Source: Chloroflexota bacterium (GTDB lineage Bacteria > Chloroflexota > Limnocylindria > P2-11E). From it: a DNA stretch of 55,437 nucleotides. Positions 37,484 to 47,013 of this stretch are shown here, in pieces (position 1 is the first letter of the stretch; each line of letters starts with the position of its first letter). The DNA is taken from contig JACPOT010000047.1 of NCBI GenBank assembly GCA_016191385.1, forward strand, positions 1-55,437, given 5' to 3'. The notes beneath the pieces are model-generated. The model saw only the letters and a program-made list of their open reading frames with translations. It did not search any database and had not been told where the DNA came from. The translations under genes and the position numbers were made by a program.

Positions 37484-37858
37484 ATGACCGATCACTTGCG
37501 GATCCTGGCCATCGAAGATGACCCCGACCTCGGGTACCTCTACGACAGCTTCCTCACCGAGGAGGGTCACCAGGTCACGATCGCGCGCAACGGCCGCGAG
37601 GCGGTGAAAGCGCTCGGGACGAAGCAGGACGTCGTGCTGCTCGACCTCATGCTGCCGGGCACCGACGGCTATTCGCTCCTGCGCCGGATCCGCGCGGATC
37701 CGTCCATGCGCACGCTCCCGGTCGTCGTCATCTCGGCGGCGATACCCCCGGGCCGTCAACGGATCCTCGGCGCCGACGCCGTCGTGCACAAGCCGTTCGA
37801 GTTCGAGGACCTCACGCGTGTGATCCAGGGCGTCTCCCATCACGCACACGCTGCCTAG
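37484..37858 (+). CDS. Single-domain response regulator
   Basis: IEDD, LLDLMLPGTDG, KPF. Confidence 0.88.
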   Translation: MTDHLRILAIEDDPDLGYLYDSFLTEEGHQVTIARNGREAVKALGTKQDVVLLDLMLPGTDGYSLLRRIRADPSMRTLPVVVISAAIPPGRQRILGADAVVHKPFEFEDLTRVIQGVSHHAHAA

Positions 37859-37879
37859 GGCCTTGTTGATACTCGTGGG

Positions 37880-38851
37880 GTGCTGATCGGCGGCCGCGAG
37901 GTCGCGCTCACCAACCAGGACAAGGTCTTCTTCCCGCGCTCGGGCCTGACCAAGGGCGATCTCGTCCGCTACTACGTGGATCTTGCCGACGCCGTGCTGC
38001 CGCACGTCCGCGCGCGCCCGTTCCAGATGAAGCGGTACGCCAACGGCGTCGAGGGCGAGTTCTTCTATCAGAAGCGCGTGCCGCGGCCCCACCCCGAGTG
38101 GCTCGAGACCTTCCACATCACGTTCCCGAGCGGCAACGTCGCGGACTTCGCGGTCCTGGGTGAGCCCGCGGCGCTGGCCTGGGCGGCGAACCTCGGCTGC
38201 ATCGAGCTGCACACCTGGCACTCGCGCGTGCCGGACATCGAGCGGCCCGACTACGTGCTCATCGACCTCGACCCGAGCGCGGACGACCAGTGGCCGGCGG
38301 TGCGTGAGATCGCGCTCGTCGTCAAGGAGGTGATGGACAGGCTCGGCCTCGCGTCGCACCCGAAGACGTCGGGTGCGACGGGCATGCACATCCTCGCCCC
38401 CATCGAGCGCGACCTCGACTTCACCGAGGTCCGGCGGTTCGCGAAGGCCATGGCCAAGGAGGTCGAGAAGCGCGTGCCGAAGATCGCGACGACGACGTGG
38501 GCGGTCAAGGACCGCACGGGCGTGTTCGTCGACTACGGGCAGAACGCGCGCGACCGCACCATCGCGTCGGCGTACTCGATCCGCCCGACCGAGGACGCGC
38601 GCGCCTCCGCTCCGCTGCGGTGGGACGAGGTGGCCGACGTGGATCCTTCCGACTTCACGATGGCGACGATGCGCGACCGTGTGAAGAAGGCCGGCGACCT
38701 CACCGCCGGGATGTGGGACCACGCGGTCAGCCTCGCTCCGTTGTTCGAGCGCGTCGGCGAGAAGCCGCCAGGAGAGGGTCCAAAGCCGCGAGCTAGGCGC
38801 GCTCCAGGAGGGACGCAAGCGTGGGGTCGCCGCGGCGGCGCTTCGGCTTGA
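37880..38851 (+). CDS. LigD-type polymerase domain (Prim-PolC-like AEP)
   Basis: LTNQDKVFF, FYQK, IDLDP, KTSGATGMH, DYGQNARDRTIASAYS. Confidence 0.92.
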   Translation: MLIGGREVALTNQDKVFFPRSGLTKGDLVRYYVDLADAVLPHVRARPFQMKRYANGVEGEFFYQKRVPRPHPEWLETFHITFPSGNVADFAVLGEPAALAWAANLGCIELHTWHSRVPDIERPDYVLIDLDPSADDQWPAVREIALVVKEVMDRLGLASHPKTSGATGMHILAPIERDLDFTEVRRFAKAMAKEVEKRVPKIATTTWAVKDRTGVFVDYGQNARDRTIASAYSIRPTEDARASAPLRWDEVADVDPSDFTMATMRDRVKKAGDLTAGMWDHAVSLAPLFERVGEKPPGEGPKPRARRAPGGTQAWGRRGGASA

Positions 38852-39812
38852 CCTGGTCCCACGTGCAGTCCCGGGGATCCTTGTCGGGTCGGAAGCGCAG
38901 GAAACCCGTCCCGTGCCGGAAGCGGTCCTCCTCCATCTTGTCGTAGCGGACCTCGCACACCAGCACCGGCTTGATGGGGATCCACTCGAGGTCGCGGCCC
39001 TGCGACCAGCGGCTCTCGCCTCCGGGCTGCCGGCCCGTCGTCGGCTCGAGCTCCGTGCGCAGCGGCGGCAGCACCTCCTGCAGCTGCTTCTGCAGCGGCG
39101 CCGCGATGCCCGAGGTGTGGCCGACGAAGTCGAGGGTGCCGTCGTCGCGGTAGAGCCCGAGGTTGAGCACGGCGATGCGCGTGCCGCTGAGCCTGTACCC
39201 GACGATCACGCAGTCCGCGGTCTTGTGCTTCTTCACCTTCTGGACGGCCTCGCGCGACCCGGGCATGTACGCCAGGTCGACCCGTTTCGCGATCACGCCG
39301 TCGAGGCCGATGCGCTCGAGGCGGTCGAGCCAGTCGCGCGCCTGCTTCACGTCCGGCGACGCGGGTGAGACGCGGAAGCCCTTCGCGTTCCGGAGCAGGA
39401 ACGCGCGACGCTCCCGCAGCGGCTTCTCGTGGATGGGCTCGCCCTTCCAGAGGAGCGCGTCGAAAGCGATGTAGGTCGCTGGGACCTCGCCCGAGAGCTT
39501 GCGGATGCGGCTCTCGGCGGGATGCAGCCGCATCTGCATGGCGTCGAAGTCGAGATGTCCGTCCTGCTCGATGACGATCTCACCGTCGAGCGCGGAATGC
39601 GGCGGGAGGAGGTCGCCGAGGGGGCGGAGCTCGGGGAAGTAGCGCAGCAGTGGGCGAGCGTTGCGGCTCCAGAGCGCCAGCTCGCCGCCGTCGTTCTCTA
39701 GCACGCCGCGGAAGCCGTCCCACTTGGGCTCGTACTGCCAGCGCTCGCCGATGGGGAGGTCCTCGACGAGGAGCGCCTCCTGCGGCGGGAATGGCACGCT
39801 CGGTCCGGGCAT
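38793..39812 (-). CDS. ligC: ATP-dependent DNA ligase (LigC-like)
   Basis: YEPKWDGFR, LDGE, RLHPAESR, DGVIAK, RFRHG..FLRFRPDK. Confidence 0.9.
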   Translation of the reverse strand: MPGPSVPFPPQEALLVEDLPIGERWQYEPKWDGFRGVLENDGGELALWSRNARPLLRYFPELRPLGDLLPPHSALDGEIVIEQDGHLDFDAMQMRLHPAESRIRKLSGEVPATYIAFDALLWKGEPIHEKPLRERRAFLLRNAKGFRVSPASPDVKQARDWLDRLERIGLDGVIAKRVDLAYMPGSREAVQKVKKHKTADCVIVGYRLSGTRIAVLNLGLYRDDGTLDFVGHTSGIAAPLQKQLQEVLPPLRTELEPTTGRQPGGESRWSQGRDLEWIPIKPVLVCEVRYDKMEEDRFRHGTGFLRFRPDKDPRDCTWDQVKPKRRRGDPTLASLLERA

Positions 39813-39872
39813 CGCGCGAGCGTATCGCCGCCGCCGGCTGAAGAAGGCTCATGTGACGAGCGCGTAACGGGC

Positions 39873-40673
39873 ATGGCAGGTGCTTCCCACAGGGCCGTGG
39901 CACCACCGATCGACATTCTTCTTCCGGGCCGGCGCCAGACGGGTGTGCTCCTTCTCCACGGGCTGACGGGCACGCCCCTCGAGATGCAATGCCTCGGGGA
40001 GACCCTCGCCGCCGAGGGCTACACGGTCCACATCCCGCTCCTTCCCGGGCGAGGCACGGTCCCCGATGACATGGACGCGCTCTGCTGGGAGGACTGGATG
40101 CAGGCCGCGCTCCGGGCGTACGACGGCCTGAAGCGCGAGCACGCGCAGGTGGTGGTCGGCGGACTCTCGGCCGGCGGCACGATGGCGCTCGACCTCGCGC
40201 TGCGCCGCGACCCCGCCGCGCTCCTTCTCTACGCGGCGGTCCTGTCGGTCGCGCATCGCGGCGCGTACCTCGCGCCGTTCGTGTGGCGGATCGTTCGGCG
40301 CTGGCCGTCTCCGCCGAGCGACATGGTCGAGCCCAACGAGGCGCTGCAGTGCTACGACCCGGCGCCGGTGCGCGCGATGGGCGAGCTGCTGTCGGGCATC
40401 GGCCGCGTCCGGCCGCGTCTCGGCCAGATCGCGGCACCGGCCTTCGTCGCGCACTCGGTCCAGGACCGCCTCGTCCCGCTGACCAGCGCGCGCGAGATCG
40501 CCGCGCGGCTCGCGGGTCCGGTGGAGACGCTCTTCCTCGAAGGCACCGGCCACGCCATCACCTGCGACGCGAAGCGCGCGGATGTCGCGGAGGCCAGTCG
40601 CACGTTCCTGCGCCGCAACCTCGGCAGGTCGGTCGCGCAGCCTCAGTACTTCCCGCAGCTCCGGACCGCCTGA
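39873..40673 (+). CDS. Carboxylesterase / monoacylglycerol lipase (alpha/beta hydrolase)
   Basis: LLHGLTG, GLSAGG nucleophile elbow, D...H. Confidence 0.9.
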   Translation: MAGASHRAVAPPIDILLPGRRQTGVLLLHGLTGTPLEMQCLGETLAAEGYTVHIPLLPGRGTVPDDMDALCWEDWMQAALRAYDGLKREHAQVVVGGLSAGGTMALDLALRRDPAALLLYAAVLSVAHRGAYLAPFVWRIVRRWPSPPSDMVEPNEALQCYDPAPVRAMGELLSGIGRVRPRLGQIAAPAFVAHSVQDRLVPLTSAREIAARLAGPVETLFLEGTGHAITCDAKRADVAEASRTFLRRNLGRSVAQPQYFPQLRTA

Positions 40674-40703
40674 CCAGAGGCGCGGCCCGCGGCCATTCGC
40701 GTT

Positions 40704-40931
40704 CTAGCGGTGGACGGTGACGCCCCGCATCGGTCCGAGGGCGCGCGGCCAGTCGATGAGCAGGTCGATCGTCACGCCCCCGGTCTCGCTCCACTCGTGC
40801 TGCGTGTCCTCGACGTTGCCGTCGCAGTAGGCCCAGTGTCCGCGGTAGAAGGTGAGACCGCCGCGCCCAGCGCGCGACGGCGCCGCGAGATGCTCCGCCT
40901 TCCGACAGACCCAGTGAATGGCGTCGGTCAT
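40704..40931 (-). CDS. 75-aa hypothetical protein, Cys/His/Trp-containing
   Basis: SD GGAGG; MTDAIHWVCRKAEH...FYRGHWAYCDG...HEW. Confidence 0.55.
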   Translation of the reverse strand: MTDAIHWVCRKAEHLAAPSRAGRGGLTFYRGHWAYCDGNVEDTQHEWSETGGVTIDLLIDWPRALGPMRGVTVHR

Positions 40932-41057
40932 GTCCGCCCTCCCCGACGCCGACAAGTGTCCGGGTGACGCGCCCTCGATCCAAGGGGTCGTGAGGGGCGT
41001 TATCCCCATTCGCGCGGCCGCCACGCGGTAGGCCAAGGAAGCGTAGGGTTCCCCGGC

Positions 41058-41645
41058 GTGACGACCGTCTATCCCGCGCGGCTCGAGGTCGACTACCCGG
41101 AGAAGCTCGACCGGCTGACGACGCTGCTGCGGATCCTGTGGGTCATCCCGATCGGGATCATCGTCGCGCTGGTCTCGGGCAGTGGATCCGGATGGGGGAT
41201 CGCGGGGTCGATCGGGCTCGCGACCGCGCTCATGATCCTGTTCCGGCAGCGCTACCCGCGCTGGTGGTTCGACTTCCAGCTGGCGCTGGCGCGATTCAGC
41301 ACCCGACTCGGCGCGTATGCGCTTCTCCTCCGGGACGAGTACCCCTCCACGGAGGATGGGCAGGCCGTTCACCTCGAGCTCGACTACCCGGAGGCGATGA
41401 CGCTGAACCGGTGGCTCCCGCTGGTGAAGTGGTTCCTGGCGATCCCGCACTACATCGTGCTGTTCTTCCTCGCGATCGCCACGGTCGTCGCCGTGCTCAT
41501 CTCGTGGTTCGCGATCCTCTTCACCGGCCGCTACCCGCGCGCGCTGTTCGACTTCGTCGTCGGCGTCATGCGCTGGAGTCTGCGGGTCGAGGCGTACGCG
41601 TTCCTGATGCTCACCGACCGCTACCCGCCATTCAGCCTGCGCTAG
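41058..41645 (+). CDS. DUF4389-domain membrane protein
   Basis: Two repeats ending RYPRWWFDF..DEYP and GRYPRALFDF..DRYPPFSL. Confidence 0.9.
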   Translation: MTTVYPARLEVDYPEKLDRLTTLLRILWVIPIGIIVALVSGSGSGWGIAGSIGLATALMILFRQRYPRWWFDFQLALARFSTRLGAYALLLRDEYPSTEDGQAVHLELDYPEAMTLNRWLPLVKWFLAIPHYIVLFFLAIATVVAVLISWFAILFTGRYPRALFDFVVGVMRWSLRVEAYAFLMLTDRYPPFSLR

Positions 41646-41725
41646 CGGGGCAGCTCGGCCTTCAGCCGCACGACCAGGACGGAGACCGGCGCGTGGGACC
41701 AGCATCCCTGAGGAACGTCCATGAC
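41642..41725 (-). pseudogene. Possible universal stress protein C-terminal remnant
   Basis: HAPVSVLVVR matches the USP C-terminal 'hApcsVLVVr' motif; the rest of the gene is absent. Confidence 0.4.
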
Positions 41726-41781
41726 CTGATGCAGCGCTGCGCGAGATCCCGCTCGCGGCGGGGGCCGGGGTCGAGCCGGCG

Positions 41782-42303
41782 CTATTCGACCGTGATCGTG
41801 GCCCTCATTCCCGCTTCCGCATGACCGGGCACGCTGCAGTACGCGTCGTACCGGCCGGCCGGAAGACCGCGCAGCCCGAGCGTGCGCGTCTCGCCCGCGT
41901 TCGCTGCGATGTGGATGCCGAGCGCGGGGACGGTCAGGTCGTGGACGACCCCACTTGAGGCCGGGTTGATCAGCGTGAGGTTCACGTCCGCGCCCTTTGG
42001 CACTCGGACTTCGCTGGGCGTGAAGCTGAAGTTCGCGGCTTGGACGCGGACCTCTGCAGCTCCGGGGATGGCCGTCGAGGCTGGACCGGAGGCCCCGAAC
42101 CCCATCATGCCCCCGTACGTGGTCTCGCCCATCATTCCCCGCCCGGTCTGACCATTGCCGATCATCCACGGACCCATCGCCCCGTACGTGGTCGACGAGG
42201 TGCCGAACATTCCAGGCCCGGCGATCGCCGCCGCGGCGATGCCTAGGACGAGCAGGACGCCTGAGACGAGCGCGGTCAGGCCGGCGATGCGCTGTGCTTT
42301 CAT
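41782..42303 (-). CDS. Cupredoxin-domain protein with Met/Gly-rich N-terminus
   Basis: Type-1 Cu ligands HDL...CSVPGHAEAGM. Confidence 0.88.
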   Translation of the reverse strand: MKAQRIAGLTALVSGVLLVLGIAAAAIAGPGMFGTSSTTYGAMGPWMIGNGQTGRGMMGETTYGGMMGFGASGPASTAIPGAAEVRVQAANFSFTPSEVRVPKGADVNLTLINPASSGVVHDLTVPALGIHIAANAGETRTLGLRGLPAGRYDAYCSVPGHAEAGMRATITVE

Positions 42304-42542
42304 CGCGCGGCCTCCTCGATGGCCGCGCGCCGTGCGCGGAACTCTTCGGCGTCGATCTCACCGCGCGCCAGGCGTTCGTCGAGGATGCCGTGCGCTCCGC
42401 TGGCACCACCTCCGCCCCGCACCTGCGAGCGGCTGAGCGCGAGGACCAGCCACACGACGCCGGCGCTCACGAACACCCAGAAGAGGACCCAGACCAGCAT
42501 CATCAGAACACCGCCGAACCCGAACGCGGACCCGCTCATCAT
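42300..42542 (-). CDS. SHOCT-domain membrane protein
   Basis: ILDERLARGEIDAEEF; SD GGAGGT. Confidence 0.88.
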   Translation of the reverse strand: MMSGSAFGFGGVLMMLVWVLFWVFVSAGVVWLVLALSRSQVRGGGGASGAHGILDERLARGEIDAEEFRARRAAIEEAAR

Positions 42543-42575
42543 TTCGAATGACCTCCCATCGATCAATGCCCGAAG

Positions 42576-42693
42576 CGTCAGCCTCCGCGCTGAGCCATTC
42601 CTTGTCGCCGGCTGACAGCGCGCTGAGAGAACGATCTCAGGCCGCTCTCAGACGGGCGCAAGGTGAACCCCAGCCGAGGAAGCGAGGCTGACG
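42576..42693. promoter_or_regulatory. Divergent promoter with MprA-type TCTCAG-N5-TCTCAG boxes on both strands
   Basis: Plus strand TCTCAG 42635, TCTCAG 42646, CGCAAG 42657, CCCCAG 42668, then GAGGCT 42684; minus strand TCTCAG/TGTCAG/GACAAG/GCTCAG at 11-bp period. Confidence 0.7.
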
Positions 42694-42807
42694 GCACGCA
42701 ACCGAACGCGACGCGAGAAGGAGGCGATCGGATGACCACCCACTGGTTCTGGCTTCCGGCTTCGTGCTCGGGCGAGCGCAGTACATGATCGCGCGGTCGT
42801 ACGGAAA

Positions 42808-43461
42808 GTGATGGACGCCTCGGTCGCGCTCGCAGCGGCGTACCTGCAGCTGAACGGCTACTTCGTGCTCACCGAGCTGCCGGTGCAGGTCGAAGAGCGG
42901 CACGGGTTCCGAACGGCGACCGACATCGACGTCCTCGCCGTCCGGCTTCCCCATGCTGCGGAGCTCATCCCCGGTCACGGCGCGCACGCCCGTGATCTCC
43001 TGCTCGGGCAGGATCCGACGCTCGAGACCGACCCCGAGCGCACCGAGATCCTCATCGCCGAGGTCAAGCGCGGCCGGGCGCATATCAACGCCGGCTCCTT
43101 CAACGCCGATGTGCTGCGCTTCGCGCTGCGTCGCACCGGCTGCTGCCCGGCCGAGATGATCGACGCGCACGCCTACGCCCTCGCCCGCGCCGGGATGATC
43201 GAGACGCGCACGGCCGACGGTCACCCTTGCCGCGTCCGCCTCGCTTCCTTCGCCGGCGAGCCGGTGCCCCTGCGGCCCGCTGGCGTGCTCAGCGTGGGCC
43301 TCGATCAGTGCGTCGCCTTCATCCGCGAGCGCCTCGATCGATACCGCGAGCCGCTGCGCGGGGCTTACTTCCGCGACCCGGTCCTCAACCTGTTGGGGCT
43401 GGTGGACGCGGTCGCTCGGCGACCAGCGCAGATAGGGAGGGAGATCGTCCATGCCCCGTAA
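42808..43461 (+). CDS. Hypothetical protein with PD-(D/E)XK nuclease-like motif
   Basis: AYLQLNGYFVLTE..TDIDVLAVR...IAEVKRG. Confidence 0.7.
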   Translation: MMDASVALAAAYLQLNGYFVLTELPVQVEERHGFRTATDIDVLAVRLPHAAELIPGHGAHARDLLLGQDPTLETDPERTEILIAEVKRGRAHINAGSFNADVLRFALRRTGCCPAEMIDAHAYALARAGMIETRTADGHPCRVRLASFAGEPVPLRPAGVLSVGLDQCVAFIRERLDRYREPLRGAYFRDPVLNLLGLVDAVARRPAQIGREIVHAP

Positions 43462-43954
43462 GCGTTCGTACCAGCGTTCCTCCGGCCTCGGCGGCCGCGC
43501 CGCTCTCTTCGGCGTGCTCGCGGTCGCTCTGATCGGCGCGGCGCTCTACTCGGTCTGGCCCAAGGAGCGGGCGTTCATCGAGCTCGGTCCGGCCCCGAGC
43601 CCGTCCGCGATGGACGCGATGGGGCATGGCGCGGCGCCTCCCGTCAGCGGCTCCGCCGATCTCACGATGCGCGTCGACATGAGCGGCTTCAGCCCAGCGC
43701 AGCTCCCGGTCGCCGCCGGGCGCGCGCAGCGCCTCATGCTGGTGAACCCCGACAACAGCATGCACAGCGACGGCGGCGGGATCCATCAGTTCGCCGTCCC
43801 GAAGCTCGGGATCGACGTGAAGGTCCCGCCGCTGACCAACATGATCGTCACGCTCCCGGCCGCCGAGCCGGGTGAGTACGCCTTCTACTGCGACACGTGC
43901 TGCGGCGGTAAGGAGAACCCGTCCATGCAGGGAGTCCTGAAGGTCGGCGCGTGA
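43451..43954 (+). CDS. Membrane-anchored cupredoxin-fold protein, atypical Cys-rich site
   Basis: HQFAVP...PGEYAFYCDTCCGGKENPSMQG. Confidence 0.85.
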   Translation: MPRKRSYQRSSGLGGRAALFGVLAVALIGAALYSVWPKERAFIELGPAPSPSAMDAMGHGAAPPVSGSADLTMRVDMSGFSPAQLPVAAGRAQRLMLVNPDNSMHSDGGGIHQFAVPKLGIDVKVPPLTNMIVTLPAAEPGEYAFYCDTCCGGKENPSMQGVLKVGA

Positions 43955-44658
43955 GCGGCGTCGACCTCAACCTGGTCGCGGTCGTCCTCGCCGGGCTCAT
44001 CGACGGGCTCAACCCCTGCGCCATCGCCGTCCTGCTCGTCTTCGTCTCGGCGACGCTCCTCGCCGTCGGCGCCACGATGGAGGGCGGACTCGGCGAGCGC
44101 CGGCGCGCATTGTTCCGCGGAGGCGCCGCCTACGTGGCGGGGATGTTCATCACCTACCTGCTCATCGGTCTCGGCCTCATGGGCTTCGCCGGGGCGCTGC
44201 GGCAGGACCACATCGGCACGAAGATCTTCGCCTTCGTCGCGATCGGCTGGAGCCTGCTCGCACTTCAGGAGGCGCTCCTCCCGGAGCTCGGCGAGCGGCT
44301 GCGCATGCCGCCGATGCTGCACAGCAGCGCTCAGCGCTGGGTCGGCCGGGCCTCGCTCCCGGGCCTCTTCGTCGCCGGCTCGCTCATCGGCCTCTGCACC
44401 GTCCCCTGCTCCGGGAACGTCTACCTGGCGGTCCTCGCGCTGCTCTCGAGCCGCACCGACCTCGCGGAAGCGCTCGGGTACCTCGTGATCTACAACCTCG
44501 CCTTCGTCGTCCCGCTCATCGTGCTGCTCGGAGCAGCGGCGACGCCGGTAGCCATGCGCGCTCTCGCGCGCTGGCAGCTGCACAACCGCGCCTCGCTGAA
44601 GCTCGCGCTCGGGCTGACCACGGCGCTCGTCTCGCTCGCGGCCCTGGGGATGGTGTGA
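43951..44658 (+). CDS. CcdA/DsbD-like transmembrane thiol-disulfide protein
   Basis: DGLNPCAIAVL and LCTVPCSGNVY. Confidence 0.85.
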   Translation: MSGVDLNLVAVVLAGLIDGLNPCAIAVLLVFVSATLLAVGATMEGGLGERRRALFRGGAAYVAGMFITYLLIGLGLMGFAGALRQDHIGTKIFAFVAIGWSLLALQEALLPELGERLRMPPMLHSSAQRWVGRASLPGLFVAGSLIGLCTVPCSGNVYLAVLALLSSRTDLAEALGYLVIYNLAFVVPLIVLLGAAATPVAMRALARWQLHNRASLKLALGLTTALVSLAALGMV

Positions 44659-44659
44659 C

Positions 44660-44794
44660 ATGACCATCGACATCGACCCGGTCCTCGTCCACGTCGGCCC
44701 CCTCGCCCTCAGCTGGTACGGGATCATCGTCGCGCTCGCCATCGCGGTCGGCGTGTGGCTGTGGGCCGCTCGCTGTCCTACGCTCGCTTCATGA
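44660..44794 (+). pseudogene. lgt: Prolipoprotein diacylglyceryl transferase, N-terminal fragment
   Basis: MTIDIDPVLVHVGPLALSWYGII is an Lgt N-terminus; truncated after ~34 codons. Confidence 0.8.
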
Positions 44795-45123
44795 CCGTCG
44801 TGTGCGTCCCGGTACGGGCGGATGGGACCATGGACCCACGGTGGGGCCGCGCGCAGCGTGTCGCGATCGCGACCGTCAGCAACGGCGTCATCGAGCGGTG
44901 GCTGGAGGTCGATGTCCGCTGGGGCGAGCTGCACGACAGCGGCGGTGAAGGCCAGCACCACGCTCGCGTCGCGCGCTTCCTCCAGGAGAACGGCGTCCGG
45001 CTGGTCGTCGCGGATCACATGGGGCCGCCTATGGAAGAGATGCTCCGGAAGATGGACATCGTCGTTCATCTCGGGGCGCGTGGCTCCGCGCGCGACGCCG
45101 TGTCACTTCTCAGCCTGCCCTAA
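44791..45123 (+). CDS. NifB/NifX-family (FeMo-cofactor-binding-like) protein
   Basis: VCVPV..DPRWGRA...HHARVARFL..VVADHMG; leaderless after TACGCT. Confidence 0.8.
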   Translation: MTVVCVPVRADGTMDPRWGRAQRVAIATVSNGVIERWLEVDVRWGELHDSGGEGQHHARVARFLQENGVRLVVADHMGPPMEEMLRKMDIVVHLGARGSARDAVSLLSLP

Positions 45124-45163
45124 GCGCAACACAAGGGGGGGCGTCAGTCGCCGGGCAGACGCT
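45108..45163 (+). promoter_or_regulatory. Second MprA-type promoter
   Basis: TCTCAG 45108, CCTAAG 45119, CACAAG 45130, CGTCAG 45142, 10 nt, GACGCT 45158, 6 nt, GTG. Confidence 0.55.
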
Positions 45164-45169
45164 GCGCCC

Positions 45170-45846
45170 GTGAGCCTCGCGATCCGTAACTTGGTGCAAG
45201 ACCGCACCCGGCTCTTCCTGAGCGTTGCCGGCGTGGCACTCGCGACGATGCTCGTGCTGCTGCTCAACGGCTTCGTGACCGGGTTCAACGAGCAGCTTTC
45301 GACCTACGCCGACCACACACCCGGATCGGTGGTCGTCCTGCAGAACGGCGGTCGCAACCTGCTGGTCTCGACCTCGCTCATCCCGCCCGATGCCCGCGAG
45401 ACGGCGCTGGCCGTCGACGGCGTCGCCGAAGCGGTCCCGGTGCTGTTGCGCACGACGATCCTCGAGCTCGACGGCCAGCGGCGCGCGGTGTACCTGGTGG
45501 GATACGACCCGGCGCAAGGCGGCGGTCCGTGGAAGCTCACCGCGGGGCGCGAGCCGCTGGCGGCCGACGAGATCGTGCTCGACCGCGTCCTCGCCTCGCG
45601 CCACCAGCTGGGCGTGGGTAGCAGCGTGACCGTCCTCGGGCGCGCCTTCACCGTCTCAGGCCTGTCCGACGAGACGACGTCGTGGATGTTGAGCCTGGCC
45701 TTCCTGAACAAGGGCACGGCGGAAGCGCTCTTCCTCACGCCGGGCGCGACCAGCTTCCTGCTCGTGACGCCGTCGCCCGGCACTACGCCGGAAGTGGCGC
45801 GCGACCGCCTGCGCCAGCTGCCGGGGATCGGCGCGGAGCTGAAGTC
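45170..45846 (+). pseudogene. MacB/FtsX-type ABC permease 1, N-terminal part only
   Basis: LAIRNLVQDRTRLFLSVAGVALA..; broken at ~45845 by an inverted segment. Confidence 0.8.
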
Positions 45847-45990
45847 GACCTCGCCGGGCTCGACGCGAAGGGACACGTCTCGCACCGCGACCACTTCGGT
45901 CCGCCCCTCGCCGAAGCGCTTGGTGACCGCTCTCACATCGAGCGTGGGGGACTCGGCGCCGCCTGTGTCGGCGAGCGTGGAAGCGTTCAT
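45847..45990 (-). pseudogene. ABC ATPase N-terminal fragment (inverted)
   Basis: LDVRAVTKRFGEGRTEVVAVRDVSLRVEPGEV stops just before Walker A; SD GGAGG. Confidence 0.8.
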
Positions 45991-46842
45991 GCGATCCTCC
46001 TGCGAAAGACGTTGGCCGGGTCGAGGCGCGCGATGCGGACCACCGGCAGGACGGCCGCGAGCGCGGTGATGACGGCCGCGAAGGCGGCGGCCTTGGCGAT
46101 CGCCCAGGCGTCGAGCGCCAAGCTGAGCTGGATGTCGGTCCGGGGCACGACGGCCGCGACGAGCAGCGTGAACGCGACTCCGGCGCCGAGCCCGAGCGCG
46201 ACCGTCGCGACCGCCTGCGTGATCACGGCGCCGCACAGCCGTGCTGTGCGCGCGCCCAGAGCCTTGAGCACGCCGTACTCGGCGCGCCGCGCGACGGTCG
46301 CGGTGTACATGGTGAGCGCCATCACCGCGAGCCCGATGACGAAGCCGATCACGTTCATGATCGCGACCACGTCGGTGGCCATGTCGTTGATGACCTTGAT
46401 CTCCTGGCGCGCGAAGTCGGACCGGATTGTCGCCGTCACCTCGGGCACGTCGGCCTCGATGCGGCGCGCCAGCGCGCCGGGGTCGGTGCCGGGCTGAGCG
46501 CGAACGAGGACGTAGCTGATGGCGTCGGAGCCGTAGGCGCGAAAGGCGTCGAGCGGCATGAAGGCGAGGGAGTTGAAGACGTTGCCGTACGCGTCGGAGA
46601 CACCGGTGACACGGAAGCTCCGGCCGAGGACCGTCACGTCGTCGCCCACATCGACGCCCGCGCGCGACCGGGCCGTCGATGACCACGTCCGATGCGCCGA
46701 GCTCGCGCGTGCCGCGCGTGACCGCGCCGGGCCGCCCGAAGGCCGCCTCGGACGGGACGCCTATCACGTAGGCGAGGTACTGCCGGTCGCCAGAGACCAC
46801 CGCGGTCGAGACATAGGCCAGCGGCACCGCGTCGACGACGCC
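45987..46842 (-). pseudogene. MacB/FtsX-type ABC permease 2 (inverted, N-truncated, frameshift ~46660)
   Basis: RRAEYGVLKALGA, RIARLDPANVFR; the upstream half is in another frame across a (GC)n run. Confidence 0.8.
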
Positions 46843-46843
46843 G

Positions 46844-46942
46844 TACCGGTTCGTGCCCGATACGGACGTGTTCGGGCCGCATCGCGAGGCGCTACGCGCG
46901 GCCGTGCGCCGGGAGGCCACGCTCGTCGGGCCGAGGAAGTGA
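46844..46942 (+). pseudogene. C-terminal remnant of an unknown gene beyond the inversion
   Basis: YRFVPDTDVFGPHREALRAAVRREATLVGPRK* with host-like codons and no start. Confidence 0.35.
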
Positions 46943-47013
46943 CTTTGGACCCCACCGCCAAGGGACCTAAGCCGGACGAGCCGAATGGTCCTGGGCGGGT
47001 AGCGTCGTCAACG

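Noticed and set aside
42732-42811. Small ORF MTTHWFWLPASCSGERST after a strong SD AAGGAGG
   Set aside because: Only 18 codons and probably the stub of a deleted gene; no support for a leader peptide
44791-45123. NifB/NifX-like gene as evidence of nitrogen fixation
   Set aside because: This domain is widespread outside nif clusters and no nif genes are present
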